DNA of 64,000 nt from Camelus ferus (Eukaryota). Below the pieces are notes generated by a model. It had not been told where the DNA came from. It searched no databases and saw only the letters and a program-made list of their open reading frames with translations. Below, piece after piece: positions 38,911 through 51,469 of this stretch (the stretch's first letter is position 1; each line of letters starts with the position of its first letter). The translations under genes were made by a program, and so were the position numbers. The stretch lies in assembly GCF_009834535.1 (NCBI RefSeq), contig NC_045723.1, positions 2,914,001 to 2,978,000 of the forward strand, read 5' to 3'.

Positions 38911-39941
38911 TTACAGACGGAGAACCCAAAAGATGTTGCTAGGATATTTAACTCAGATTGGGACATTTTAGGTTTGAATTGCTTATGTCAAATTAATTAA
39001 AGTTGAGCCCCCAGGGAGACTATAAAGGGAAAGAGATGTTCCAAGGGCAGACCTCTAGGGAAAAACAGCAAAGGTGAAGCCAGTTTTCAGAAGAATCACA
39101 GTCCCAGAAGAGGGTGATGATGCCGGGGTCCAGCGGGGCGGGGAGAGGAGTGTTGCACGGTGTCCAGTGGAACTGAGAGGGCTTGTAGAATGAGGAGTGC
39201 TTGGGTCACCAGCATTGACAGTTAAAGGGGTTGTTGTCAAAATCACATTCTTTAAGGTGCTGGAGACAGATGTGTCCAGTACAGCATATTAAGAAGTTAA
39301 TAAAAGATGAGGATTTGGAGGTAAAAGTATAAACCATTCTTTTATGAAATAAGCTTTTTTTTAGCCAAGCTTTCAGCTTAACTCCTGGTTTGTTACGTGT
39401 TTTTTCTCTTTTATTTGTACATCTGTGGCTTCAAATTTTGAGTCTAGTTTTTTTGTTTTTGTTTTTTTTAATCACTTCCAGCCATTTCCTATTTATTAAG
39501 GAGGCTTCGGGTTATTGTAAATACAGATCATTTATACAGGTAATGCCTCTCACCCATTGAACCTGAGCATGATGAAAATGTGTAATTTCAGGTGAGAAAT
39601 GTCCTGCACAGGGGATTCGTGTTGGCCATGCAGGAATATCTGAAGTGCACTCAGCACGAACTGTTGAACCCCTGGAACCCGAGGGCTTGTGGGCCCCGAG
39701 CAGGACGGGTTCCTGTCCTGTCTGCCCCGGTGGAGTGGAGCTCTGGGCGTTCGGGGTGGGTCAGGGCTGCTGTAAAACCAACGGCCAATCTCCGGCTAAA
39801 ACAAAGGCGTCTCAATTTTCAAGGCTTACTCTTTGAGCTATGGTTTCAAATCTCACACCTCCTGGAATTGGTGTGAAAGTAAATGATGAGATGGCATCCC
39901 TAAAAACCAGTCAGAGCTGTGCTTACTCTTTTTCTGGACCA

Positions 39942-40140
39942 GGCTCGGCAAACTTTCTGTGAAGGGCCAGAGAGTGAATATTTGAGGGTCAGTGTGCCAC
40001 AGACTGTTTCCATCACCTGTTCGTCTTTGTTTCTTTTTTCAGTCACTTAAAAATGAGAAAAATCATTCTCAGCCCACAAGCCGTAAAAACAGGCCACAGG
40101 TCAGGTCTGGCCCGTGGGCCACAGTTTGCCACCTCCCGTT
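39942..40140. mobile_element. MER58-family hAT MITE
   Basis: caggctcggcaaactttctgtgaagggccagagagtgaatattt ... ggcccgtgggccacagtttgccacctcc; degenerate terminal inverted repeats. Confidence 0.65.
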
Positions 40141-40257
40141 GTAGATGCCAAAGGATGAGTCTCTGGTGCCCAGTAACAGTGAGCATAAAACATTAGGGTT
40201 TTAAATGAGTTGTGTCAAGTCACTGTTATCAAAAAGGTATATTTAAAAAGACATGGA

Positions 40258-40420
40258 GGGGAGGGTATAGCTCAATGGTAGAGCACGTGCTTAGCATGCA
40301 TGAGGCCCTGGGTTCAATCCCCAGCACCTCCATTAAAAATTAAATAAAAATAAATAAGTAAATCTAATTCCACTCCCCCACATAAATAAATAAATACATA
40401 AATAAATAAATTAATACATT
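40258..40420 (+). mobile_element. tRNA-Ala(AGC)-derived camelid SINE (Vic-1 type) with (TAAA)n tail
   Basis: ggggagggtatagctcaatggtagagcacgtgcttagcatgcatgaggccctgggttcaatccccagcacctcca, followed by an A-rich linker, a ctcccc motif and a taaataaataaa tail; A and B boxes are recognisable. Confidence 0.9.
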
Positions 40421-41032
40421 TTGTTAATGGCGTAGACAGAATGGGTTCAATGGTGGCATACGTGGCTCCTGCAGCTTTACCAGTCTGCCTACCTGGGCGA
40501 TCTCACTGGTGCATCGGGGCAGGGGGCTGGCATCCGGGGACATCGCCGCTGCTCTCCTGTCTGGCTGGGACGTAAGCTTCTCGGGGGCAGGAATTGTGTT
40601 ATTGGTGGTCACTGCTGTGTCCCCGGGACATGGAGCTCTGCCTGGGAAATAGCCGGCACTCAGATGCTTGTCTTTGGAGCACCCACATCTTTTACAATAA
40701 TAGGCTTTTTGTAGCTCTGTTTCAGTCTCTGTCCATATATGACTTATGTGGTATTTATGTGCCGGGCCCTGTTCTGAGGACGCCGTTTAGTTCCACATCA
40801 CAGCACTGTGAGGTCGTCTCCCGCAGCCTGCAGACGAGAGGCCAAGGTCACGTGGCTGGTTAAGGGAGAGCGGGATTTGGACCCCGCCCCCCGGAGTTCT
40901 TAGAACCCCCTAAGTGACACACGTGGCCTCTCATCCTGGTCACATCAGGCTCTAAACAGATTTGAAAGGATCTCTGGTTGTCACTTCTGTGACTTTTCAA
41001 AGCTCTGTCACCTTCTGAGATATAAAAAAGTA

Positions 41033-41204
41033 CAGGTGACCCTTGAACAGCGAGGGTTTGAACGGCATGGTCCACTTAGCGTGGGTTTTTCTCCAGTGGT
41101 AAAGACCACAGTGCTGCACAGCCCGTGGGTGGCAGGAACCGCAGGTGTGGGGGGCTGAGTGTGAGTCACACACAGATTAGCCTCCGTTGTTCACAGGGCT
41201 GCTG
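41033..41204. mobile_element. Tigger2/MER8-type TcMar MITE
   Basis: ta|caggtgacccttgaaca ... tgttcacagggctgctg|ta: degenerate TIRs and TA target duplication. Confidence 0.75.
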
Positions 41205-41224
41205 TATCCTGAGAGACACACAGA

Positions 41225-41330
41225 GTTGTCAGAATTGGTGAGTTCGCTAGAACGCATTGAACTGCACACTTAAGTGGGCATGTCTTAATTGTACCTAAAT
41301 TATGCCTCAAAAAAGTTGATTTTTTTTAAA
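41225..41330 (+). mobile_element. Old L1M 3' terminus
   Basis: gaactgcacacttaagtgggcatgtcttaattgtacctaaattatgcctcaaaaaagttgatttt resembles an L1MB/L1MC end. Confidence 0.65.
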
Positions 41331-41507
41331 TATTGTAATAAAAAGGTCAAACATGATTTGAAAAGCTTTAATTAGAGAAGAAAGAGGAAGAGACCTTTAC
41401 TAACCAGAAAGAGTCCAGCATCTTAAAAAAAAAAAAAAAAAGAATTAATGGCTGTTTTCTAAGCTATTTAGAAATCAAGTGTATTTCACTTGGATTTTTA
41501 TCCCCAG

Positions 41508-41683
41508 GGAAAGGAAAGCCTCTTCAGCGCAAGGTTAAAGCTCCTAAGAAGCAGGAGGAGAAGGAGAAGAAGGGAAAAGGCAAAGCCCAGGAAGACGAGC
41601 TGAAGGACTCCTTGGCTGACGACGACAGCTCCTCCACCACCACGGAGACCTCCAACCCCGACACGGAGCCGCTCCTCAAGGAG
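41508..41683 (+). CDS. TMEM131: TMEM131 exon 21: KGKPLQRKVKAPKKQEEKEKKGKG...NPDTEPLLKE
   Basis: ttttatccccag|gg ... gag|gtacgg; 176 nt. Confidence 0.96.
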
Positions 41684-44497
41684 GTACGGCCGCTCGGCCC
41701 GCGCGCCTGTGACCCGCATCTCCTAGGTCGGGCTCCAGCCCAGAGTGAACGTGTTCCGTGTGCCATGAGCACGTGTTCTGAGGGTCAGTGCTCAGAGCAC
41801 AGAGATGCCCAGACGGTCTCCCTCCTGCGGTGGCCGCTGCGGCTCTGCAGGCGATGGTCTCCTCTTCCCAGGGAGCAAACTTGGAAGCCTGTTAATCCGG
41901 TAAAATAGATAGAAATGCAAAACACGGCTTGAAAGTTAGACTCCCTGGAATAGTAACTACTCTGACTCCTGAAAATTGTTTCAAATTCTGAATGTCACAA
42001 GACGATGAGGAGGAATTACAGCACTCTTGACTGATTCTGTTGGACCGGTCCTGTCGCATCACCGCTGGTGCAGGGGCTCCAGGAGCAGCCACTCCCCACA
42101 CAGTGACCGTGACCCAGGCGTCCGTGGTCACCCGGCACGGGGCAGCCACCCAGCGCACCTCAGCACATCAAGAAGGTGCCTCGCTCCTGGTCCTCAGCTC
42201 CCGAGTGGTCACAGGCGTCAGGGGTAGCAGTGCAGGTGCCTGGCCCCGTGGCCGTCGGCTCAGCTGAGGGCTCTGTCCCTGCGGTGAACGTGTCTGAGAG
42301 TATGAGCTATAAATGGTCTGCAGAGAAGTGGGGGCGTAATTCTTCTTGGCATTTTTATTTTTAACTAACTATATTTAAAATGAGCCAAATATAGCCTTTA
42401 ATATTGGAAAGCAGAATTTCTTCCTCAGTCTTAATCTAGTGGCTGAAGGAATCATTTCTTAAAGATCCCCAGCAGTGTCATCCGCGTTTATTAATTTTTA
42501 AAGTAAAATCTGGACGTGACACTTCCTTGTCAGCCGCCCTCCCCTTTGCATCCCTCACTTTGGACGGGTGTGCTGTGGCCCCTCAGTCCAGTCCGCAGCT
42601 CGGACCCGGCTTCCGTGCTGTGTCACCTCAGTGGCGCATTTCTCCCACCGAGGAGCAGAATGCGTGCAGCTGATCCCGGCGCGGGGTCCCGGTGCTCTCT
42701 GATGGGAACAGGCACTTGGAAAGCATTTTCAGCACAGACTTTCTCCACAGCTCTGCCGCCCGCTTCCCTTCTGCCTTTCCAGCTTTTTCCTCCCCTCTCC
42801 TCAGCGGCCCCTCTCCACTGACCCCATCGGCTGTACCCACTGGCGTAATCTCACCTCTCTGCCATTGGTCTCCTCATGTTTTCCCATCTCCTTCCCCGTC
42901 ACTCACTTCCTTAGACTCAGCTCGGAACCCCAGCCTCTGAGCCAGTCCTTCTCCCCTGCTGACCAGCTCTTCTGTGGAGTTCATGTGCTTTTCTTTCTCT
43001 GACTGATCTATTCGTCAGTTGCATGCATTCTCTTCCCAACCAGATTGCAAATGCGGCAGCTCATCTTCTCTTGTACGTGTCTTTTCCAACCCTGTTCCCC
43101 ATTCATTCAGATGTGTGTCAGGTACCTGAGTGCTGGGCGCTTGAGAAACAGCAGTGGATGAAAAGACCAGGCTCCTGTCCTCAAGGGGCCCGCAGTCTGC
43201 AAAGTTCTTGACGAGTCAGGTGCTCCAGAAATACTTACTGAGTAACTCAGAGTAGTCTCAGAAAGTGTCTGGGCAGGAGGGTGTTACCCTTCCTCTGCGG
43301 TTAAATAGATGGGCCTGTGTGACTATTAAAAGCCAGGATGCCTTTCCAACTGCAAGCTGTGAGGCCGGATGGACCCTGTAGCTCTCCGCACACCTCCGCG
43401 CTTCCCTTCTGCAAGTGTGTCTTCCCCTGGTTAGCCTCGGTGCACCCAGTGCGGCTCAGACTCTCTGATGAAGAACCAGGTTTTGAGTTCTTATTTCCAG
43501 TCTGTCCTATATGTGGTCCTTGTGCACACCCACTCCACATGCAGCTGCCCTGTGAGGTCACCGGCACCCGAATGGTACCTGCCTGTCCCGGAGACTAGCC
43601 CGCCGAGCTCATGCGTGGATGCATCACCATGAGCTGACTCTAGAGCGCGTGGTGTGGGCTCTGTGCCCTGCTGGTCACGGACACAGAAGCAGCGTGGCTG
43701 GGCCAGCTGGGTCACGCAGCTCTAAGATGCAGCTTGGGTGTGGCCTTCTCAGTCCGAGCCCGCAGGACAGCTCTTCAGGGCTCCAGTCATGGCCAGTGGA
43801 CATTTCCACATGAAGACATAAGTTGGTCTCTAACCATCATGTGTGTTGCCCTCCTGCTAGACTTTACCATCCCTGGGAAGGGACTGGACCCTCTTGTAAC
43901 CCCATTGTCTGGCACCAAGTGGGTGACCAGTGAAAGTTTGCCGAATGAGTGAATGCATAGCTCAGCCCCTCCTGGGGAGGGTGAGTAGGTAGGGTCCCAC
44001 CTGCCCCAGCACCGTTGACGCACCCACGTCACTCGTGAGCACTTAGTGAACCAGCGCAGACACTCAGTGCTGCCCGCGCTTTCTCCTTACCCGCATCTTC
44101 CTTGTGCACAGGATTAGGAACATTGCCACGAGTGCAGAACTTCCTTATACTGTAGTCCTCACTTTTCTTGTGAAAAAAGTGAGGTTTTTGCTCACCCATG
44201 CTTAAAAACAAGCTACCGATTTGTTGGTACCATTGTCACCTGCAGTTAGGGTGTGAGTGTGAATTAAAGTGACGTTCCTTATAGCTCACACTCACCAAAA
44301 CATAATAAATCAAAGGCTCAAAAATTGACAGAGCCACAGTGGTTAGAGAGAGAGTTGAAAAAAGGAGTTTATCGTTTTTATACATGTGATGTGTGTGTGC
44401 ACTACATCTTTGGTTCTGTGTCTGCCTTCAAACACGACTGTGTCAGTCATTTTTATTAATCCTTCTCAGCAATTAAGTGTACTTTTTTTTTTTACAG

Positions 44498-44625
44498 GAT
44501 ACAGAAAAGCAAAAGGGAAAACAAGCCATGCCTGAAAAACATGAAAATGAAATGTCTCAAGTGAAACAAAAAAGCAAAAAAGTCCTAAATGTTAAGAAAG
44601 AAATCCCAACAGATGTGAAACCCAG
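44498..44625 (+). CDS. TMEM131: TMEM131 exon 22: DTEKQKGKQAMPEKHENEMSQVKQKSKKVLNVKKEIPTDVKP(S)
   Basis: ttttttacag|gat ... cccag|gtaaga; 128 nt. Confidence 0.96.
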
Positions 44626-47138
44626 GTAAGAAAAATGAGTTCAGAGACATGAGGTATGCAAAAGAAGTTACTGGTGAAAACTAGCTAATGTTTTTGTTTG
44701 CTTGGTAGGTTTTTTAGGGGGGGTTTGCAACAAAAGCCACGTATCTCATTACATCCCTCTTGGGTTTTTTCTAATGCCTCAGTGGTCACTGTCTTGATGA
44801 GGGACGGTCACGTGCTTCTGACATCAGACATACAAAAGGCAGAGCTAAGAATCCGTAAAAATGGAGGAGGAAAACGTAGGTTGGTGATTTGTTCCCAGGC
44901 AGAGAGCCTTTCCCCCTCTGCACAGAGATGGGCTTGATGGTCCAGCCACGAGTGTGAGCGTAACGCGCCTTGCCCTCAGCTCTCTGCCTCTTCCTCCCCC
45001 GGACAGGGGCACATGCAGAGTATTACACGGGCAGAAACAAAGCCTGGCACCTGAACCACCTTTCTGTTTTTCCCTTTAAGCAAGACTCACTTAAATTAAA
45101 TTGGCACTTACACATTTTACTCAGAGCTTCTTGATACAGATCATCTGGTTTAATTTAGGAAGGGATGAGTCAGCAGAATTAAAATAGTTGTCTGGCACCC
45201 TTTTTCCTAAAAACCAACTAACTCTACAGAGGCACAGAGCTGAGCTTTGTGTAGACCGTCCCCACCCCCACATTTACTAACGACTTACTTAAAAACAGTT
45301 CACACCGACCTCCACCTCCACCTCCACCTCCACCACCAGAGGTCTGCGTGGCCCTGTCGGGAGAGCCTTTGTTTTCTAAAAGGTGGAGTTTTCAATAACC
45401 CTGTCAGTCGGAAGTAGAAGGACAGGAGATTTACGGAAGTAGCCCAGAAACAGTGGGGTTTTGCATGTCAGCCTGTCATCCCACCTGAAGTTCTCCTTAC
45501 TTGGGTTAACTATGCCCTTTGGATTTTTGGTTACTGATACTAATTCCAAATGTCACAACAATTCATTAGAGAAAATTTGTGAAATATAAACAAAAAAAAT
45601 GAAAATAAAATGACCTTTTTGACCTTACAGACCTTACAAAATGTTTGTAAATAGCCTCTGTTAAAATATATTATTTATGAAATCACACTTTATATAGTGT
45701 TCTGTCATCTGCTTACCTTTGGGTGGGGGGTGCTGTGGTGCCACTGGACCTGGAAAGTGGGAACCATTCTGCCTTTTGTAGTCTGGTGTGAATAGCATGG
45801 TGGACTGTCCCTGTCCCAGAGCTTGGGTGGCAGGGGGAGGAGGGTGTGGTGCCCGGAGGGCATGGGGGGCGGGGATGTGTGGGAATCACAGCCCATGGGC
45901 TGGGGACAGAAAGTACACTGAAGTGAGAAATGCCAGAGACGTATCCATTTTAAGAACATCTGTGTCAACTGGTAAACTTTGTAAGATTTTTTTTTTTTAA
46001 TGAAAAGCAAGCTGTCAGCTCGGCCCTGAACTGAGCCATGACCAGGAGCACGGTGGAGACCACTGGTGAATTCTGGATCAGTTCTCGGAAGGGGCCACCG
46101 GGTTCTCTCAGCCAAGTCAGCCCTCACTGGAAAACATCATTTTTGGACCACGACAGCTTAGCTCCTGTCAGAGCCCCACCCCCACCCCAGCCTGTGACTT
46201 GATCTTTGGGGCAGTACAGAGGCGGCTCTGTAGAGAATGATTTTCTGGTCCATAGATTCACATTGTTCACTGGGCTACTTTGTATGAGCCATCCGCCCAG
46301 TTCACTTCTCCTGCAGATTGCTTCTCTCTCGGCAAGTGTGAGTGTTCTCTTCCATGGGCTGTGGAATCTTAAAATAGCCCAGCTCGCCTCCCATTTGCCT
46401 TGGCTCACAGGACGTTCAGAGCCAATTAACTGTCCTGTTTATATGTGTTTATTGTGTTAAGCTTCCCTCTGAATAGTTTAGAGGGAATATACTCTAAATA
46501 AATGATAAAAATAATATTTAAGTTTTTGCCTAGGATTAGCCCTGAGTTCAAGATTAAAGAAGAAAGTTCATCTCACCCGCGTGGCCTAGTCCCACTGCTC
46601 TGCCCTGGGCTCTGGGGAGCTCGTAGGTAGCCCAGGAACGTAGCCCCAGCTCATTTCACAGTGTCTCTGAGAACACTTTTAAAGCTTTGAATAGCAGAAC
46701 CTTTGATATTTCTAAGTCCCAGAGCTCTCAGAACCTCTACATTCAGGAACCCCACAGGCAGTCTGGATGCTGGGTGAGACTCACTCGAGCGGAATGACTG
46801 CACTTGGCAGCTCCTGCGTGGCGAGGTTGTGCCAGCGGCTTCTTCACGGTATCTGGGGCAGGTGCCCCCCGCCCCCCGTTACATGGTATTAAGTAATGGC
46901 CCTCGGTTCCTCGTCCGCACTCAGGAGAGCAGAGGATAAATCTGCAGGTGCAGGTGTCTCCTGCACAATATTCAGGGTGCTTGGAGAGCAGCCGGTGAGG
47001 ACCGTGGGTAGATAATAATACCTCAGGAAGGCGCATGAGGACGCGAACAGTTAAAACTGTAGACGGATCAGCGACTTCTCTCCGCTCTGAAGCAAAGGGA
47101 TGTATTTGACCGTCTTTCCATTCGTGACTGTCTTTCAG

Positions 47139-47263
47139 TTCCTTAGAGCTACCATGTACCGCCCCCTTGGAAAGTAAACAACGTAGAACTCTCCCAACCA
47201 AGATTCCTCTTCCAACGACATTGACAAGTGGATCCAAACCACGAAACTCCCAGAAAACAAAAG
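47139..47263 (+). CDS. TMEM131: TMEM131 exon 23: SLELPCTAPLESKQRRTLPTKIPLPTTLTSGSKPRNSQKTK(G)
   Basis: tgtctttcag|t ... aaaag|gtactt; 125 nt. Confidence 0.95.
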
Positions 47264-47485
47264 GTACTTTCATTTTGGTCACACAGATGAACGATTTGGT
47301 CACACAGGCTTGAATGCTTCGTTATATGAGTAGTGTTAGTTGTGATTCCCAGGAATCACTTTGCAGTTGTCAGTCGTAGAAAGGCTACAGCTGTGTTCTC
47401 ATCCTCGTGAGAAGGTTCTTTGAAACAGACCTGGAAGAAAGGAATTATCCTCCATAATAACTTTCTTTTTCTGAATTTTATGCAG

Positions 47486-47635
47486 GTACAAATAAATTAG
47501 TGGATAACAGGCCACCTGCCCTAACAAAATTCCTCCCAAATAGTCAAGAACTAGGCAACACCAGTAGCTCAGAAGGTGAAAAAGACTCTCCACCACCAGA
47601 GTGGGACTCCGTGCCCGTTCACAAGCCCGGCAGCT
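47486..47635 (+). CDS. TMEM131: TMEM131 exon 24: TNKLVDNRPPALTKFLPNSQELGNTSSSEGEKDSPPPEWDSVPVHKPGS(S)
   Basis: ttttatgcag|gt ... agct|gtaagt; 150 nt. Confidence 0.96.
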
Positions 47636-48152
47636 GTAAGTACAGTGACAGTGGCGGAGGAACCTCGTGCCCCGTCGCCCCCAGCCCACCCCGCTCTGGG
47701 CCTGTAAACTCCGCGGGGGTGGGGGCTTTTGCTGCAGGAGCCCCAGCGTCTGGTGTGCTGGAGCTGGCTTGGAGCAGCCAGCGAAAGCCACTGTTAAATA
47801 GTCTATCTGTTGCTAAACTGCTATAGCTTAGTCGGCCAAGGTGGGAGTGTTTATACTAAGTCTCCCAAACAGTGACTTCACCTGCCCGCCCCTGAAGGGC
47901 GTAGAAAGGCCTCGTCCCAGCCTGAGGTTGGAGAAGGGGGGTGCCCACACCATCCAGGAGGGCCTGCAGAACACGGCCGGGGGCTGGTGATTCCGGGAAG
48001 GGCCCAGAATGCAGACATTAAACAGAACACATACCAAAGCTGTAGGTTTTTCTTTCAGGGTTCTGCGTAGAATCAGGCAGAACAGTGAAAGTAACTGATT
48101 TTGGAGAGTATAACTCAAAATGTCACATTGAGACTTTGTTTTTAATTTCCAG

Positions 48153-48318
48153 CTACCGATAGTCTTTATAAACTTTCTCTGCAAACGCTCAACGCAGACA
48201 TCTTCCTGAAACAGCGCCAGACCTCGCCGCCACCCGCCTCCCCGTCTCCCCCTGCCGCGCCCTGCCCGTTCGCATCCCGGGGCAGCTACAGCAGCGTCGT
48301 CAATAGCAGCCCCGGCAG
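48153..48318 (+). CDS. TMEM131: TMEM131 exon 25: TDSLYKLSLQTLNADIFLKQRQTSPPPASPSPPAAPCPFASRGSYSSVVNSSPG(S)
   Basis: ttaatttccag|ct ... ggcag|gtgggc; 166 nt. Confidence 0.94.
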
Positions 48319-49394
48319 GTGGGCCTCAGCCTGGGCCTCGTGCTCAGCTCTCCCCAACCCCGCGGCCCGCCCCACAAGTGGAAAAACTCAGTGGCCACAG
48401 ACGGCGGTCCTGGCTCGCCTCCCACATCTGCTGTTTGCGGCTGACTCACCCCTTGCCTGGGCTTAGCCCCTCTTCCCACTGCCCCAGTGGTGCCTCGTCC
48501 CACCCATCCCTGAGGACCGAGAAGTGCACCAGGTGGCTTACCAGAATCATGTTCTAGTTCAAGAGCCACTAAGCGGAGACCTACCGGAGATCCTGAGTTG
48601 AGGAAATGGGTTTGTGGGTCACTTACTTGACCTCATAGAGGGTTAGCTTAGCAGCTAAAGGGAAGGGCAGGACCCGGAGCAGGCATGGGAGGCCACCCCC
48701 CACCAGGCACACGGGACACCCTACGGGAGGCGTGGAGCACGTGTTGTCCTCTACTCATTAGTGTAACAGTGCCCTCAGTGGTGATAGTCAGGGACCGAGC
48801 TCGCCTTGAGCACCTGCACCGTTCCCACACTGGGCAGCTGTCACCATGTTGCGTCCCCTAGCCAGCCGGGTCAGGTCCCCTCACCACCCCTGCCTTCCAC
48901 ACGAGGAGGTGCCCAGCTGAACCTCCAGTGAGCCTGCCCTGAGGTTCACTGCTGCCCAAAGAGGCCGGAAGCACTGAGGCCTGGTGTGGGCGGCCCTGCT
49001 TGGGGGCCTCGTGCAGGGAGCTCCTGACCTGCTAATGGCGAAGGTGACTTTGCAGGCACAGTCGTGGTCATCCCCTGTCTCACATTATGCTCCTTGTTTG
49101 TCAGCCTAGGGGCTCCCTTTTAAGTGTTCTCTCTAAAATAGGATTATCTCCTTCCCCGGCAACCTAGAATTTTTTTCCCTTACCCTAGATCCCTTATTTT
49201 CCACCTGACTACACAGTCTCAGGCCCCAGAGTGTTGACAGTGGGCAAGGTCGTGCCCTGTGGGCTGCCCTGAGTTGTTCCTGGACCCGTCTTGAACCCTA
49301 GGTTGGGCCATAGCCCAGGCCCTGCAGGGCTCAGTCCTGGGGACACGTGCCTCCGAGGGGACTGAGCTGTTCTCTCCTTGCTTCTTCCTTTAAG

Positions 49395-49516
49395 TGACCC
49401 TAAAATGAAGCAGCCGAGTGGAAGCAAACACAAACTGACAAAGGCAGCCTCGCTCCCCGGCAAGAACGGCAACCCCACCTTTGCTGCGGTCACGGCTGGC
49501 TACGACAAGAGCCCGG
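49395..49516 (+). CDS. TMEM131: TMEM131 exon 26: DPKMKQPSGSKHKLTKAASLPGKNGNPTFAAVTAGYDKSP(G)
   Basis: cttcctttaag|t ... ccgg|gtgagt; 122 nt. Confidence 0.96.
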
Positions 49517-49617
49517 GTGAGTGGCTTGGCGTCGGGAGCCGCGTCCCAGCTGGGCCTCGGCACGGTGGGTGCCTGCGGCCCGCGCGCCCACGACTGACTC
49601 AGGGCCCATCATTACAG

Positions 49618-49714
49618 GTGGGAATGGCTTTGCTAAAGTTTCTTCAAGCAAAACAGATTTTTCCAGCAGCCTTGGCATTTCACACACTCCTGTTGACAGC
49701 GATGGCTCAGACAG
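49618..49714 (+). CDS. TMEM131: TMEM131 exon 27: GNGFAKVSSSKTDFSSSLGISHTPVDSDGSD(S)
   Basis: catcattacag|gt ... gacag|gtatgg; 97 nt. Confidence 0.95.
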
Positions 49715-50484
49715 GTATGGCTGGCTGGTCTTTTCTGTGGACGGCGGGCTTCTCAGGCCAGGTTAGCCCCCTTCTGTCCAGGCTGCGCTTGGAGGCGCTT
49801 GTCTGGTGGGAGCAGACGCCCACGTGTGGGGCCAGCGGCAACGCTGCCAGAGGGAAGGCAGAGGGAGACGTGTGCTCGCGTTCCGAGTCTCTTCTAATCC
49901 TTCTCCGTTATGGTCGTTGTGAAAGGGCTGTGATCTGATCACTAGAAAGAGAGGAACAGAGGTGTATTTGAGAGGAAGGAAACTGGAACAAATACTAGGC
50001 AATTCATGGTCAGTTATTGGACATGCCACTTTTTTGACCCAAAGCAAGCACGGTGGCCTGGCCGTGACTGCCTCGGGCCATTGTCCCGATAAATAACCAC
50101 GACAGTAAAGTCATAAAGACTGTCAGTACGGAGAGTCCCAGCTTTCCCTGCTTGACACTGAAGGCATATGAATCCTAGATTCATCACAGATTTGAAACAG
50201 GTTTTTAATAAGTCTTCCCTTTCCAAAAGGTGAACCTAAGGGAAAAACACCTCTTTTCTCTGTAAAACACTGGCTGGGAAGCAGGCCCTCAGCTCAGGAC
50301 AGGGTGGTGTGAGCTCCAAGGCTCTCTGGGCAGCATCCCTTGTGGTGAAGGAGCTGTTTCCAGGCCCCTTTGTGCGCAGTCACCGAGCGCCCCGCGAGGC
50401 AGGGCCCCTACCGTGGCCCTGCGGGTGGCGCGCCCGGTTCCACTAACCGTCCTGCATTTGTGTGTTTCCTCTTGTCACGTCCAG

Positions 50485-50582
50485 CCCAGGCTTCTGGAGT
50501 CCCGTCAGCAACCCCAGCAGCCCTGACTTCACGCCCCTCAATTCATTCTCGGCCTTTGGAAATTCTTTTAACCTAACTGGTG
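50485..50582 (+). CDS. TMEM131: TMEM131 exon 28: PGFWSPVSNPSSPDFTPLNSFSAFGNSFNLTG(E)
   Basis: gtcacgtccag|c ... ggtg|gtgagt; 98 nt. Confidence 0.95.
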
Positions 50583-51308
50583 GTGAGTGTCTAGCAGTCG
50601 CCTGTGAGAGGAGCCTGTGGGACGGGACTAGGGGGGCGGAGGAGGTCTCGTTTCACATGTGGAGAAGCACACGGAAACAGGGAAGGACGAGGGTCATTTC
50701 ATGGACATTTTTAGAAGATGCGTTTCTCTGCATCAGTGCAGTCAGGCGCTGACAGACGTCAGACAAACGGGCTGACTGTAGGGAAGTGGGTCTGATGGTG
50801 CCCTCCCGGGGAGCTCCGGCCCACTCAGCCCTCAACGGTGTCTGTGCACGGGGCCTGGCACAGCCTCCCGGACAAGGGTTCCTTACCCTCGCGCCCCAGC
50901 CCGAAGGCGCACCAGGCCCCACTCAGTGCTGCGTGCATCCCAGCTGGTTTGTGTTCCGCTGCGGTAATGAAAGAGCTTTGAGCAAGGATTCTGTGTCTGA
51001 GGTGTGACTCCTGGCTCTACTGGGGCTCCCTATTTTTTCTTGCTATCCAGAGTTAGGGACAACGATGTGAGTTTTACGTCAGTAATGATCATGGCGTTAG
51101 AATTGGGGGATCTTGCACTCAATCAGTCCAGTGATAGGTGTGGGTGAGGTGTTCAGATCCTGTGCTGGCGGTCTGGGGGACGTGCCCCTGCATCCCCATT
51201 GTCCCCAAGTGTGGTGGGAGCTGACGGAGGGGGCGTGAGGGTGGGATGCCTGCCCTGGGGCACACGCCCACCCCCAGCACAGACTTGCCTTCGCTTCTTC
51301 ACTTCCAG

Positions 51309-51469
51309 AAGTTTTCAGCAAGCTCGGGTTGTCTCGATCCTGCAATCAGGCCTCCCAGAGGAGCTGGAACGAGCTTAGCAGTGGGCCCTCGTACCTTTGG
51401 GACTCTCCAGCCACAGACCCCAGCCCTTCCTGGCCAACCAGTTCCGGTTCCCCGACCCACACGGCCACA
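51309..51469 (+). CDS. TMEM131: TMEM131 exon 29: VFSKLGLSRSCNQASQRSWNELSSGPSYLWDSPATDPSPSWPTSSGSPTHTAT
   Basis: cttcacttccag|aa ... aca|gtgagt; 161 nt. Confidence 0.96.

Noticed and set aside
40261-40332. Functional tRNA-Ala(AGC) gene
   Set aside because: It has acceptor-stem mismatches, a SINE body with (TAAA)n tail and a second diverged copy at 1325-1453, so it is better explained as a Vic-1-type SINE.
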